NCBI GenBank assembly: GCA_963700745.1
Contig: CAVOYT010000012.1
Span: forward strand, 27,231-91,230
Source of the DNA: an uncultured bacterium
GTDB lineage: Bacteria > Actinomycetota > Actinomycetes > S36-B12
DNA length: 64,000 nt
Reading direction: 5' to 3'
A program made the position numbers and the translations under genes. The notes below the pieces were generated by a model. That model was not told where the DNA came from. It was given only the letters and a program-made list of their open reading frames with translations, and made no database searches. How positions within the stretch are numbered: the first letter of the stretch is position 1; each line of letters starts with the position of its first letter. Positions 50,697 to 58,753 of this stretch are shown piece by piece.

Positions 50697-51674
50697 TCAC
50701 CAGGCGTATGCCTCCGGAGCAGTGCCGCCGGGGCCGGGGAAGATCTCGTCAAGGCGGGCCAGAGCGTCCGCATCCAGCGTGACGTCCAGCGCGCGCAGGG
50801 CGCTGTCGAGCTGGTCCAGGGTGCGGGGGCCGACGATCGGCGCCGTCACGGCGGGCTGATGCAGCAGCCAGGCCAGCGCCACGTCGCCGGGCGCCTCGCC
50901 CCGTTCGTCGCAGAACGACTCCCACGCCTCGATCGAGGGCCGGAGCCGCTCGAGGGTCTCCGCGGCCCGGCCACCGGTGCTGCGCTTGCCCTCTCCCGCG
51001 GCCAGCTTGCGGAGTACGCCGCCCAGCAGCCCGCCGTGCAGAGGAGACCAGGGGATGACGCCGAGACCGTAGCCCTGGCACGCTGGCAGCACCTCGAGCT
51101 CGACCGTGCGCTCGACCAGGTTGTAGATGGACTGCTCGCTGACCAGCCCCAGCACGCCTCGTCGGTTGGCCGCCTCCTGAGCCTGGGCGATGTGCCAGCC
51201 GGCAAAGTTGGACGAGCCGACGTAGATCACCTTTCCCTGCTGGCGCAGGATCTCCATGGCCTCCCAGACCTCGTCCCACGGCGTCGCACGATCGACGTGA
51301 TGCATCTGGTAGATGTCGATGTGGTCGGTCTGCAGACGACGCAGCGAGGCATCACACGCCTGCCGGATGTTCAGGGCCGACAGCTTGCCGTCGTTGGGCC
51401 AGTCGCTCATGTTGCCGTAGAGCTTGGTGGCCAGAACTGTGCGCTCCCGCCGGCCGCCACCCTGGGCGAACCATTCGCCGATGATGCGCTCGGTGAGGCC
51501 CTTGTCCTCCCAGCCGTACACGTTCGCGGTGTCGAAGAAGTTGACCCCGACCTCGTGGGCGCGGTCCATGATCGCGAAGGAGTCAGGCCGGTCGGTCACC
51601 GGACCGAAGTTCATGGTGCCCAGACACAGCGGGCTCACGACGAGTCCCGTTCGACCAAGATGCACGTAGTCCAC
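50697..51674 (-). CDS. aldo/keto reductase
   Basis: LGRTGLVVSPLCLGTMNFG...FFDTANVYG...IDIYQMH...GSSNF. Confidence 0.9.
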   Translation of the reverse strand: MDYVHLGRTGLVVSPLCLGTMNFGPVTDRPDSFAIMDRAHEVGVNFFDTANVYGWEDKGLTERIIGEWFAQGGGRRERTVLATKLYGNMSDWPNDGKLSALNIRQACDASLRRLQTDHIDIYQMHHVDRATPWDEVWEAMEILRQQGKVIYVGSSNFAGWHIAQAQEAANRRGVLGLVSEQSIYNLVERTVELEVLPACQGYGLGVIPWSPLHGGLLGGVLRKLAAGEGKRSTGGRAAETLERLRPSIEAWESFCDERGEAPGDVALAWLLHQPAVTAPIVGPRTLDQLDSALRALDVTLDADALARLDEIFPGPGGTAPEAYAW

Positions 51675-51722
51675 GACCGCCCCCAGATACGAACTTCGCT
51701 TGTAGTCGAGACTAGCCGCCGA

Positions 51723-52418
51723 CTAGAAGAAGGTCACCCTCCGAGACGACAGGCCGTAGACAGCCTTGACGATGCCCACCGTGGCTGCCGCCGTGGAGGC
51801 GGCCACGACCGAGCTGAGGTCCTGGATCTGCTGCGCGGATTGGGCGGCGTTGGCGGCAACCGCCTCGTCGATCGTGTGATCTGCTGGCAGTGGCGTGATT
51901 GCCGGGATGATCCGTTCAACGATCGCGTCCACGTACCCACCGGGCAGGGTGCCGGTGTTGAGAGTCCCCTGGGCGGCCTTCACCGCACCGCAGCCGCCGT
52001 GTCCGAGCGCCACGATGAGGGAGATGCCGGTGTGCTCCACGGCGTACTCCAGGCTGCCCAGCGTGACGTCGTCGATGACGTTGCCCGCGTTCCGGATCAC
52101 GAAGAGGTTCTTCGGCGCGACGTCGAACATGTCCTCCGGGACCACCCGCGAGTCCGAGCACGACACGATCGCCGCGAAGGGCCACTGGCCTGCCTCAGGG
52201 CTCTGCCCTGGGGGCGCGTAGGTCTTCCTCTGGGTATTGCCGCTTGCCCAGCGTGCGTTCCCCTGACGCAGGTACCGGAGCGCGTCGGCGGGCGTCACGA
52301 CCTTGCCGTCCGGTCGCGGCGCGGCCCACGCATCGGCGCTCCCGAGGACGCTTGCCCCCAGAACGAGCGCTGACGCCCCCACGGACCCCTTGAGGAAGGA
52401 GCGTCGATTGATCTGCAT
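51723..52418 (-). CDS. beta-class carbonic anhydrase with twin-arginine (Tat) signal peptide
   Basis: MQINRRSFLKGSVGASALVLGA...AWA signal. CSDSRV and HGGCGAV zinc-site motifs. AGGAGG RBS at the 52418 start. Confidence 0.85.
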   Translation of the reverse strand: MQINRRSFLKGSVGASALVLGASVLGSADAWAAPRPDGKVVTPADALRYLRQGNARWASGNTQRKTYAPPGQSPEAGQWPFAAIVSCSDSRVVPEDMFDVAPKNLFVIRNAGNVIDDVTLGSLEYAVEHTGISLIVALGHGGCGAVKAAQGTLNTGTLPGGYVDAIVERIIPAITPLPADHTIDEAVAANAAQSAQQIQDLSSVVAASTAAATVGIVKAVYGLSSRRVTFF

Positions 52419-52743
52419 GAGTGCCTCCTGAGTCTGCGCCAGCATCCCCCACCGGAGCCGGGTCCCGGTCCCGACACGGCCCCCTAATGTCGCAGTTGTG
52501 TCGCGGCTGGCGACCCGTCGCCCGCCTACTTGTGTTCTGAACGTCACTAGGGGACACTCGGACTCAGGAAAACAGAAGCTCTCACCTCAGTCCTAGGAAG
52601 CCCGCTCTCCTTCGGCTCCGGCCGAACGATGGCGGGTTCCGTATATGGAGGGCAAACTCCCACAACGGGACGGGTGCGGGGTCCTGCAGACCTCGTGATG
52701 AGCAAACGGTTCGTCATGATCTTTTTGAAGGAGAAAGTTCAAC

Positions 52744-52947
52744 ATGGCTCAAGGCACCGTCAAGTGGTTCAACGCGGAAAAGGGTTTCGGCTTCATCGAG
52801 CAGGCCGATGGCGGCCCTGACGTGTTCGTCCACTACTCGGCCATCGACTCGAGCGGCTACCGCTCGCTGGACGAGAACCAGGCAGTTGAGTTCGAGATCA
52901 CTCAGGGCCCGAAGGGTCCGCAGGCCGACAAGGTCCGCGTGGTCTGA
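52744..52947 (+). CDS. cspA: cold-shock protein
   Basis: [18 protein letters not shown]...VFVHYSAI, with RNP1/RNP2 motifs. 67 aa. Long 5' UTR region upstream. Confidence 0.95.
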   Translation: MAQGTVKWFNAEKGFGFIEQADGGPDVFVHYSAIDSSGYRSLDENQAVEFEITQGPKGPQADKVRVV

Positions 52948-52963
52948 CCTGACTTCAGCACGA

Positions 52964-52995
52964 CGAGGGGCCCGGCCTGATGGCCGGGCCCCTCG
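52964..52995 (+). terminator. cspA terminator hairpin
   Basis: cgaggggcccggcc / tgat / ggccgggcccctcg, a perfect 14-bp stem followed by tgcttt. Confidence 0.7.
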
Positions 52996-53087
52996 TGCTT
53001 TCCCGGGGTGAGTTCCGCGCATATACCCCCTAGGGTATGGTTGCGCGATCGACGCCGCCGGGGCGTCACCGACGCGATGGGGCTCCG

Positions 53088-53258
53088 ATGTGCCGACAGA
53101 CCACCTGCCGGGCCTGCAAGAAGGCAACCTGGGCCGGCTGCGGCCAGCACCGCAATCAGGTGCTGCGCGGCATCCCCAAGAATCAGCGGTGCAGCTGCAC
53201 GCCGGCTGAGCGCGCCGCCGCGAAGGGCTCCTTCTTCTCCCGGGTGTTCGGCAACTGA
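53088..53258 (+). CDS. Cys-rich miniprotein (56 aa; MCRQTTCRACKKATWAGCGQHRNQVLRGIPKNQRCSC...)
   Basis: Seven Cys residues in the first 37 aa and very high GC3 from 53088 onward. The track ORF starts at 53037, but that extension has lower GC3. Confidence 0.5.
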   Translation: MCRQTTCRACKKATWAGCGQHRNQVLRGIPKNQRCSCTPAERAAAKGSFFSRVFGN

Positions 53259-53262
53259 CCCC

Positions 53263-53442
53263 ATGACTGACCCGATGACTCACCCGACAGCCGACTCGAC
53301 GCCCGAGGGCCAGGCCGACGACTCCGTGTCGCTCGAACGCCAGCGCCACGATCGTCGCTACAAGATCTTCGCTGTGGTGTTTGCGGTCGTCGTCCTGCTC
53401 TTCGCCGCCCTGTCGATCACGGTCGTGATCATCTCGTCCTGA
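53263..53442 (+). CDS. 59-aa single-TM miniprotein
   Basis: Starts 4 nt after the preceding stop. C-terminal helix IFAVVFAVVVLLFAALSITVVIIS. Confidence 0.4.
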   Translation: MTDPMTHPTADSTPEGQADDSVSLERQRHDRRYKIFAVVFAVVVLLFAALSITVVIISS

Positions 53443-53655
53443 GGGTCGTCGAGCACCGAGACGCCCCCGCCACGATTCGGCATTCACCTGGATGCGTGTT
53501 ACCGTCAATAGACGTGCCGGCCACCACGGCCGCACACGGTCGAAGCCCAGCCCGGTGAGCACCCTAAACGGAGTGCCCCTGAGCGAGGCGGACCACCAAG
53601 ACAACTTGGCGCGACCGCTGCATACGCAGCGCGCGCCGCAGGAAGGCAAGACACC

Positions 53656-53808
53656 ATGCGTACCAACACGATGTATATGACCACGCTCGACGACGAGCGG
53701 CGCGATCCAATGGGCCTGAGCGAGCGAGAGCTGTGCCGCGAATGCCACGGCGCCGTGAGCCGGACCGACAACTCCGGGCTGTGCTGGAGCTGCATGCCCT
53801 GCGCGTGA
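53656..53808 (+). CDS. 50-aa zinc-ribbon-like miniprotein (…CRECHGAVSRTDNSGLCWSCMPCA)
   Basis: ATG preceded by GGAAGG. CxxC-x13-CxxCxxC. Too short for the ORF track. Its stop lies inside the first tandem-repeat unit. Confidence 0.4.
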   Translation: MRTNTMYMTTLDDERRDPMGLSERELCRECHGAVSRTDNSGLCWSCMPCA

Positions 53809-53884
53809 GCGCAGCAATGGGCTCGCGCGTGAGCGCAGCAATGGGCTCGCGCGTGAGCGCAGCAATGGGCTCGCGCGTGAGCGC
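53801..53884. repeat. 3.5 perfect copies of a 24-nt tandem repeat (gcgcgtgagcgcagcaatgggctc)
   Basis: Units at 53801-53824, 53825-53848 and 53849-53872, plus 12 nt of a fourth. Ends in the palindrome tgagcgctca, which contains the stop of the convergent PPOX gene. Confidence 0.9.
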
Positions 53885-54313
53885 TCAGCCCGACTCGGGC
53901 AGGGATCCGTAGCAGCGCGTGGGCGTCAACCGAGCCACCAGACGCTCTTCGGCCACCATGGCCGAGCGGTACTCCTGCCAGTCAGGATGCTCGCCCTGCA
54001 GTTCCCGGTAGTACTCCACCAGCTCGTCCACCGTGGCATCTCCCGGATCCGCAGCCACGGGCGTGAGTTCGACGTCAGCCTCGAGCACCACGTACGACCA
54101 GAAGTCCGAGGCCGTGACATGCAGGGACACGCGCGGGTCGCGGCGCATGTTGGCCGTCTTGGCCCGCGTTGCGGTCACGGAGATCCGGACCAGCCCGTCG
54201 TCCCCCACCACGAACATGATGTTCGACAACTGCGGACGTCCGTCCGACTTCAGCGTGGCGAGCGTTCCGCGGCGGATCGGACGGGCATAGGCAAGGGCAT
54301 CGGCGATGTTCAT
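53885..54313 (-). CDS. PPOX-class (pyridoxamine 5'-phosphate oxidase-like) probable F420-dependent oxidoreductase
   Basis: TLATLKSDGRPQLSNIMF...RAKTANMRRDPRVSLHV...DFWSYVVLE...GEHPDWQEYRSAMVAEERL matches the actinobacterial F420-type PPOX family as I remember it. Confidence 0.75.
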   Translation of the reverse strand: MNIADALAYARPIRRGTLATLKSDGRPQLSNIMFVVGDDGLVRISVTATRAKTANMRRDPRVSLHVTASDFWSYVVLEADVELTPVAADPGDATVDELVEYYRELQGEHPDWQEYRSAMVAEERLVARLTPTRCYGSLPESG

Positions 54314-54354
54314 TCCTCCAGTGTGCCCGACCGCCACTACGACACAATGCGTGC

Positions 54355-55119
54355 GTGGACGTGGAGCCGCTACGCACCGGACTAGCGCTGGCCGTGCTGC
54401 TGGCTGCCGCCTTCGCCGTGATGACCGTCAGCGGCCTTCGGTACCGCAAGGAGCTGGCGATCGCGGCGGGCCGTGCCTTCGTCCAGCTCATCCTCGTCGC
54501 CCTGCTCATCGCCTGGATCTTCACGCACCCCGAGGGCGCGGTCGTCTATCTCGGCGTCATGCTCGTGGTCGCCGCCTACACGTCCAACCGTCGTATCGGC
54601 GGGGATTCGCGGGATCGGCTGGGCATCCTGCTTGCCATCTTCCTCGGATCGGCAGCGACGGTGAGCGTCGTCGCCGTCACCGGGGCGCTGCAGTTCAGCG
54701 CCCAGAGCCTGCTGCCCTTCACCGCACAGATGATCGGCGGTGCGATGACGACGGCGTCGCTCGCCGGGGTCCGGCTGCGCGACGACGTGCAGGACCAGCT
54801 CATCACCTTCGAGGGCTACGTGGCCCTCGGCGCCACGTACCGGCAGGCGGGTCGGCAGTTTGCCACGCGAGCGTCCGAGCGGTCCCTGTTCCCGACCCTT
54901 GACCAGACGAAGAGCGCCGGCCTGGTCACGCTGCCCGGCGCCTTCGTCGGGATGCTGCTGGGCGGGGCAACCCCCTTGGCCGCCGCGCAGGTGCAGCTGC
55001 TCGTCCTCATCGGGCTGTTGCTGGTCCAGGCCATCACCGCGGTCGTCACGACCCGGCTCATCAGCCCTCTCCCAACGACCCTGGGCCGCAATGTCGCCGA
55101 GCCCGCGGCGGCGACATGA
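54355..55119 (+). CDS. UPF0014 / FetB(YbbM)-like ABC transporter permease
   Basis: 254 aa. ...GRAFVQLILVALLIAWIF... and ...FPTLDQTKSAGLVTLPGAFVGMLLGG... parallel E. coli FetB (...IPTVDSAKTVGLVSLPGMMSG...). Confidence 0.8.
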   Translation: MDVEPLRTGLALAVLLAAAFAVMTVSGLRYRKELAIAAGRAFVQLILVALLIAWIFTHPEGAVVYLGVMLVVAAYTSNRRIGGDSRDRLGILLAIFLGSAATVSVVAVTGALQFSAQSLLPFTAQMIGGAMTTASLAGVRLRDDVQDQLITFEGYVALGATYRQAGRQFATRASERSLFPTLDQTKSAGLVTLPGAFVGMLLGGATPLAAAQVQLLVLIGLLLVQAITAVVTTRLISPLPTTLGRNVAEPAAAT

Positions 55120-55889
55120 CCGAGGCAGTGTTCACGCTCGACCATGTCAGCGTGACCTACGGCAACATCCTCGCCCTCAGTGACGTCACGATGGAGATCC
55201 CGCGACTCGGCGTGACGTCACTGATCGGGCCGAGCGGCTGCGGCAAGTCCACGCTGCTGCGCACGCTCAACCGCATGAATGACCTCGTCGCGGACGCGCA
55301 CCTGACCGGCCGGGTCCTGTTCGACGGACGCGACATCCACGCAGCGGACGTCGACCTCGTGGACCTGCGCCGTCGGGTGGGCATGGTCTTCCAGAAGCCG
55401 AACGTGTTCCCGATGTCGATCTTCGAGAACGTGGCCTACGGGCCGACGCTCCACGGGCGGACTGAGCAACTCGACGACCTCGTCGAGCAATGCCTCACGC
55501 GTGCCGGCCTGTGGGGTGAGGTGAAGGACGATCTGCACCGAAACGCCGCTGCCCTGTCGGGGGGACAGCAGCAGCGCCTCGTCATCGCCCGGTGCCTCGC
55601 CGTGGACCCCGAGGTGATCCTCATGGACGAGCCGACGGCGTCCCTCGACCCGGTTGCGACGGCCGCAGTCGAGAGCCTCACCCGACGACTGGCGGAGGAC
55701 CTCACGATCGTGCTGGTCACCCACGACCTGCGGCAGGCGCAGCGGATCTCCGATCGGACCGCGTTCTTCGTCGCGCATGATCACGACGAGAAGTCCCGGC
55801 ATGGCGAACTCGTCGAGTACGGACCGACGTCGGCCATCTTCGGCGAGCCCTCCGACCCCCGCACCCGGGAGTACGTGAACCCGGGCTGA
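55116..55889 (+). CDS. PstB-like ABC transporter ATP-binding protein
   Basis: SLIGPSGCGKSTLLRTLNRMNDL...RRRVGMVFQKPNVFPMSIFENVAYGP...AGLWGEVKDDLH...LSGGQQQRL...DPRTREYV is the PstB signature rather than FetA. ATGA overlap with the permease. Confidence 0.85.
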   Translation: MTEAVFTLDHVSVTYGNILALSDVTMEIPRLGVTSLIGPSGCGKSTLLRTLNRMNDLVADAHLTGRVLFDGRDIHAADVDLVDLRRRVGMVFQKPNVFPMSIFENVAYGPTLHGRTEQLDDLVEQCLTRAGLWGEVKDDLHRNAAALSGGQQQRLVIARCLAVDPEVILMDEPTASLDPVATAAVESLTRRLAEDLTIVLVTHDLRQAQRISDRTAFFVAHDHDEKSRHGELVEYGPTSAIFGEPSDPRTREYVNPG

Positions 55890-55904
55890 CGGGCACCGAC
55901 TGCG

Positions 55905-56766
55905 TCAGGAGCCAGCGCCCGGCAATGGCGAGAGTCGACCCAGCGTCGCGCCGAGCGGTGCGTGGACCCGCACCGACGCGAGGTCATCGCAACGGGTGGG
56001 TCCCTCGTTCACGATGGCCACGGGAACACCCGCTTGCGCCGCCCGTACGACGAACCTGCGGCCGGAGAACACGGTGAGCGACGACCCCAGCACCAGGATC
56101 GAGGCGGCTGACCCAACGAGTGCGTAGGCGGACGCGACCCGATCCGGCGGAACGTTCTCGCCGAAGTAGACGACATCGGGCTTCAGGACACCGCCGCACG
56201 CCAGGCAGTCGACGACGGTGAACCCGTCGAGCACGTCATCGGGTAGGTCGACGTCGCCGTCCGGGTTGACGCCCGTCGCCTGCGCGCGCCACGTGCGGTT
56301 GGCCTCGCTGAGGCGGGCATCCAGCGACTGCCGCGTCGACGTCTCGCCGCAGGACAGGCACCGCACCCGATCGAGCCGTCCGTGCAGGTTGATGACGCGG
56401 CGGGATCCGGCCGCCTCGTGAAGCCCGTCGACGTTCTGGGTGATCGTCCCGCTGACGAGCCCGCGCGACTCGAGGTCCGCGACCGCGAGGTGCCCCTCGT
56501 TCGGCTCTGGCATCGGAGATGACCCGCCACCCCAGGTGACTACGAGCCCAGTATCGGCGGCGCGCGTGCGGATCCCTGACGAAGGCCTGATAGGTCATGG
56601 GTGCGTGTCGTCGTTGAGCCGCACCGGTCGCTCCGCGGTAGTCCGGGATGCCTGACTCGGTCGACAGGCCGGCGCCGCTGAGGACGACGACCCCGCCCGC
56701 GCCGACAAGGCGGGCGAGGGCCGCTTCGGCGTCATCCGGGAGCACGTCGCCATGATGCCTCACCAA
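55905..56766 (-). CDS. NAD-dependent protein deacylase (Sir2/sirtuin family); frame break near 56511
   Basis: VVLSGAGLSTESGIPDYRG (ORF 56236..56766), then PNEGHLAVADLE...TQNVDGLH...NLHG...CLSCG...CLACGG...VVYFGE (ORF 55905..56513). Confidence 0.85.
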
Positions 56767-57761
56767 GCGTGCAGGACGGCCGCTCCCCCGAACGCACCCG
56801 CAGCCAGGTCGCCCAGCGCCCGGTCGGCGTCCGCCATGGCGTAGGACACCGTGGTAGCCCGGATCCCGTGTCGCTGGGCGAGCGCGAGGAACTCCACGCC
56901 GTCGCTTCGCGTGTTGGCGGTGACACTGCGCAGCACCCGCTCGTAGAACAGGTCCCGTTCGTAGTCCATCACCGGGATGTCGGACAGCCAGATCCCCGCC
57001 GTCGCCAGCGTTCCCCCTCGATCCAATGCCCGCATCGCCACCGGAACCAACTCCCCCGCGGGAGCGAACAGGATCGCGCCGTCAAGTGGCTCCGGCGGCG
57101 CGTCGGCGGCCGCCCCCACCGAGTGACAGCCGAGCTCCGCTGCGAGGCGACGGTTGTGTTCGCCACGGGTCAGGACGTGCACGCGCATTCCCTCGGCCAG
57201 GGCCAATTGCGCCGTCAGGTGCGCGGATCCCCCGAACCCGTAGATACCCAGTCGCCCGCCCGGCCGAACGGCCGACGTGCGCAGCGCCCGGTAGCCGATG
57301 ATCCCGGCGCACAGCAGCGGCGCCGCCTGCTCGTCGTCCAGGCCATCCGGTAGGAGGTAGGCGAAGCGCTCGTCGACCAGGCAGAACTCCGCGTAGCCGC
57401 CGTCGACGTCCCAACCGGTGAACGTCGGCACGCTGCAGAGGTTCTCGCGGCCAGCCGTGCAGTAGGCACAGGTGCCGTCGGTGCCGCCCAGCCAGGCGAC
57501 CCCCACCCGCTGGCCGATCGTCAGCGCGGTCACACCCTCGCCGACGGCGTCCACGTCGCCGACCACCTCGTGTCCGGGGACGACGCCCTTCCTGCGCGGG
57601 GGAAGGTCGCCCTCCGCCAGGTGCAGGTCGGTGCGGCACACCCCGCAGCAGCGCACACGGACCCGCACCTGCCCAGGCCCCGGCTCGGGATCCGGGCGGT
57701 CGACGAGGGCCAGCGGACCCGTCTCGATCGGTCCGGGCCGATCGACCACCCACGCGCGCAT
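56760..57761 (-). CDS. zinc-dependent alcohol dehydrogenase
   Basis: CCGVCRTDLHLAEG...PGHEVVG...CAYCTAGRENLC...GFGGSAH. Confidence 0.85.
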   Translation of the reverse strand: MRAWVVDRPGPIETGPLALVDRPDPEPGPGQVRVRVRCCGVCRTDLHLAEGDLPPRRKGVVPGHEVVGDVDAVGEGVTALTIGQRVGVAWLGGTDGTCAYCTAGRENLCSVPTFTGWDVDGGYAEFCLVDERFAYLLPDGLDDEQAAPLLCAGIIGYRALRTSAVRPGGRLGIYGFGGSAHLTAQLALAEGMRVHVLTRGEHNRRLAAELGCHSVGAAADAPPEPLDGAILFAPAGELVPVAMRALDRGGTLATAGIWLSDIPVMDYERDLFYERVLRSVTANTRSDGVEFLALAQRHGIRATTVSYAMADADRALGDLAAGAFGGAAVLHAW

Positions 57762-57888
57762 GACGTCAGGGTTCCACGGCGACGCGCGCTGAGTCGACCT
57801 GTCGCACCCACCCCCGATGCGTCGTCAGACGTGGCGGGTCGACGGGTGCCCCGAAAGCCGCCACGCCTGACGACCCATCGGGGTTGGC

Positions 57889-58729
57889 TCAGCGGGAGAT
57901 GGCGGTCGCCTCAAACTCAACCGGTGACTCGAACACGTGGGCCAGGCGCTCGGGCCGCTGAGACGGGAAGCCGAGGGTGATCGCCGCCGACACCCCGAGG
58001 AGGACCACCGCGACGATCCCATCGATGAGGAAGTGGTTGCCCGTGACCACGACCACCCACAACGTCGCGAGCGGGTAGGCAAGGACGAGCCACCGCCACG
58101 CCGGACGTGCGCTGACGATCACGATCAGGGCAACCGCTGCCGCCCAGGCGATGTGCACCGAGGGCATCGCCGAGAACTGGTTCGCGCCCGGGATAGCTGC
58201 GTACACCGATCGTCCGTTCTCCAGGGCGGTGTCGACGATCCCGAGCTCCGGGAGCAGCCGGGGCGGCGCCACGGGCACGAACTGGATCAGCAGGCACATC
58301 GCGGTGGTCAGCACCACGGTCGTGCGGGCGAAGGGCCAGTCCCGCCGATGGAAGACGAGCACCCAGATGAGGGTGATCACGAATACCGGAGCGTGCAGGC
58401 CGGCGTAGAAGCTGTCGGCCGCGGCCACCAGCGCATCGTTGCCCAGGACCTGCTCCTGCAGCGCCACCTCGCTCGGCCAGCGCAGCCACTGCTCGAGGTT
58501 GGCGAGGAACAGGCCGGCCTCATCCGCCTGGTCGAAGCCACCGACCGACATGGAGCCGGCGTACTGCCAGGCCGCATACAAGCCGAGGATCAGTGCCACT
58601 TCACCAAGGACTCGGCGTCGAGGATCGCAGCCGCGGTATCGACCGCGCCACGAGCATGAGGACGAGCAGGATGACGGCGGCGACGAGCGCATACCGCCAC
58701 GGCAACCAGCCGAGTCCTGCGAGATCCAT
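57889..58729 (-). CDS. PAP2-superfamily membrane protein (PAP2_C / IPC-synthase-like); frame break near 58630
   Basis: ...FSAMPSVHIAWAA...TGNHFLIDG.... A better N-terminus, MDLAGLGWLPWRYALVAAVILLVLMLVA (ATG 58729), lies in another frame than the track ORF start. Confidence 0.7.
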
Positions 58730-58753
58730 GCCGCCATCCTGCAGGATCACGCC

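Noticed and set aside
52419-52743. Possible ncRNA in the long region upstream of cspA
   Set aside because: Long structured 5' UTRs are normal for cspA-type genes. I saw nothing beyond that, and the region also holds the divergent beta-CA promoter.
53088-53808. Cys-rich miniproteins as RiPP precursors (lanthipeptide/thiopeptide-like)
   Set aside because: No modification enzymes, dedicated proteases or transporters are adjacent. The Cys spacing fits zinc-ribbon-type metal sites better than core peptides.
53801-53884. Possible CRISPR array
   Set aside because: The units are directly adjacent with no spacers. There are only 3.5 copies of 24 nt, and no cas genes in the window.
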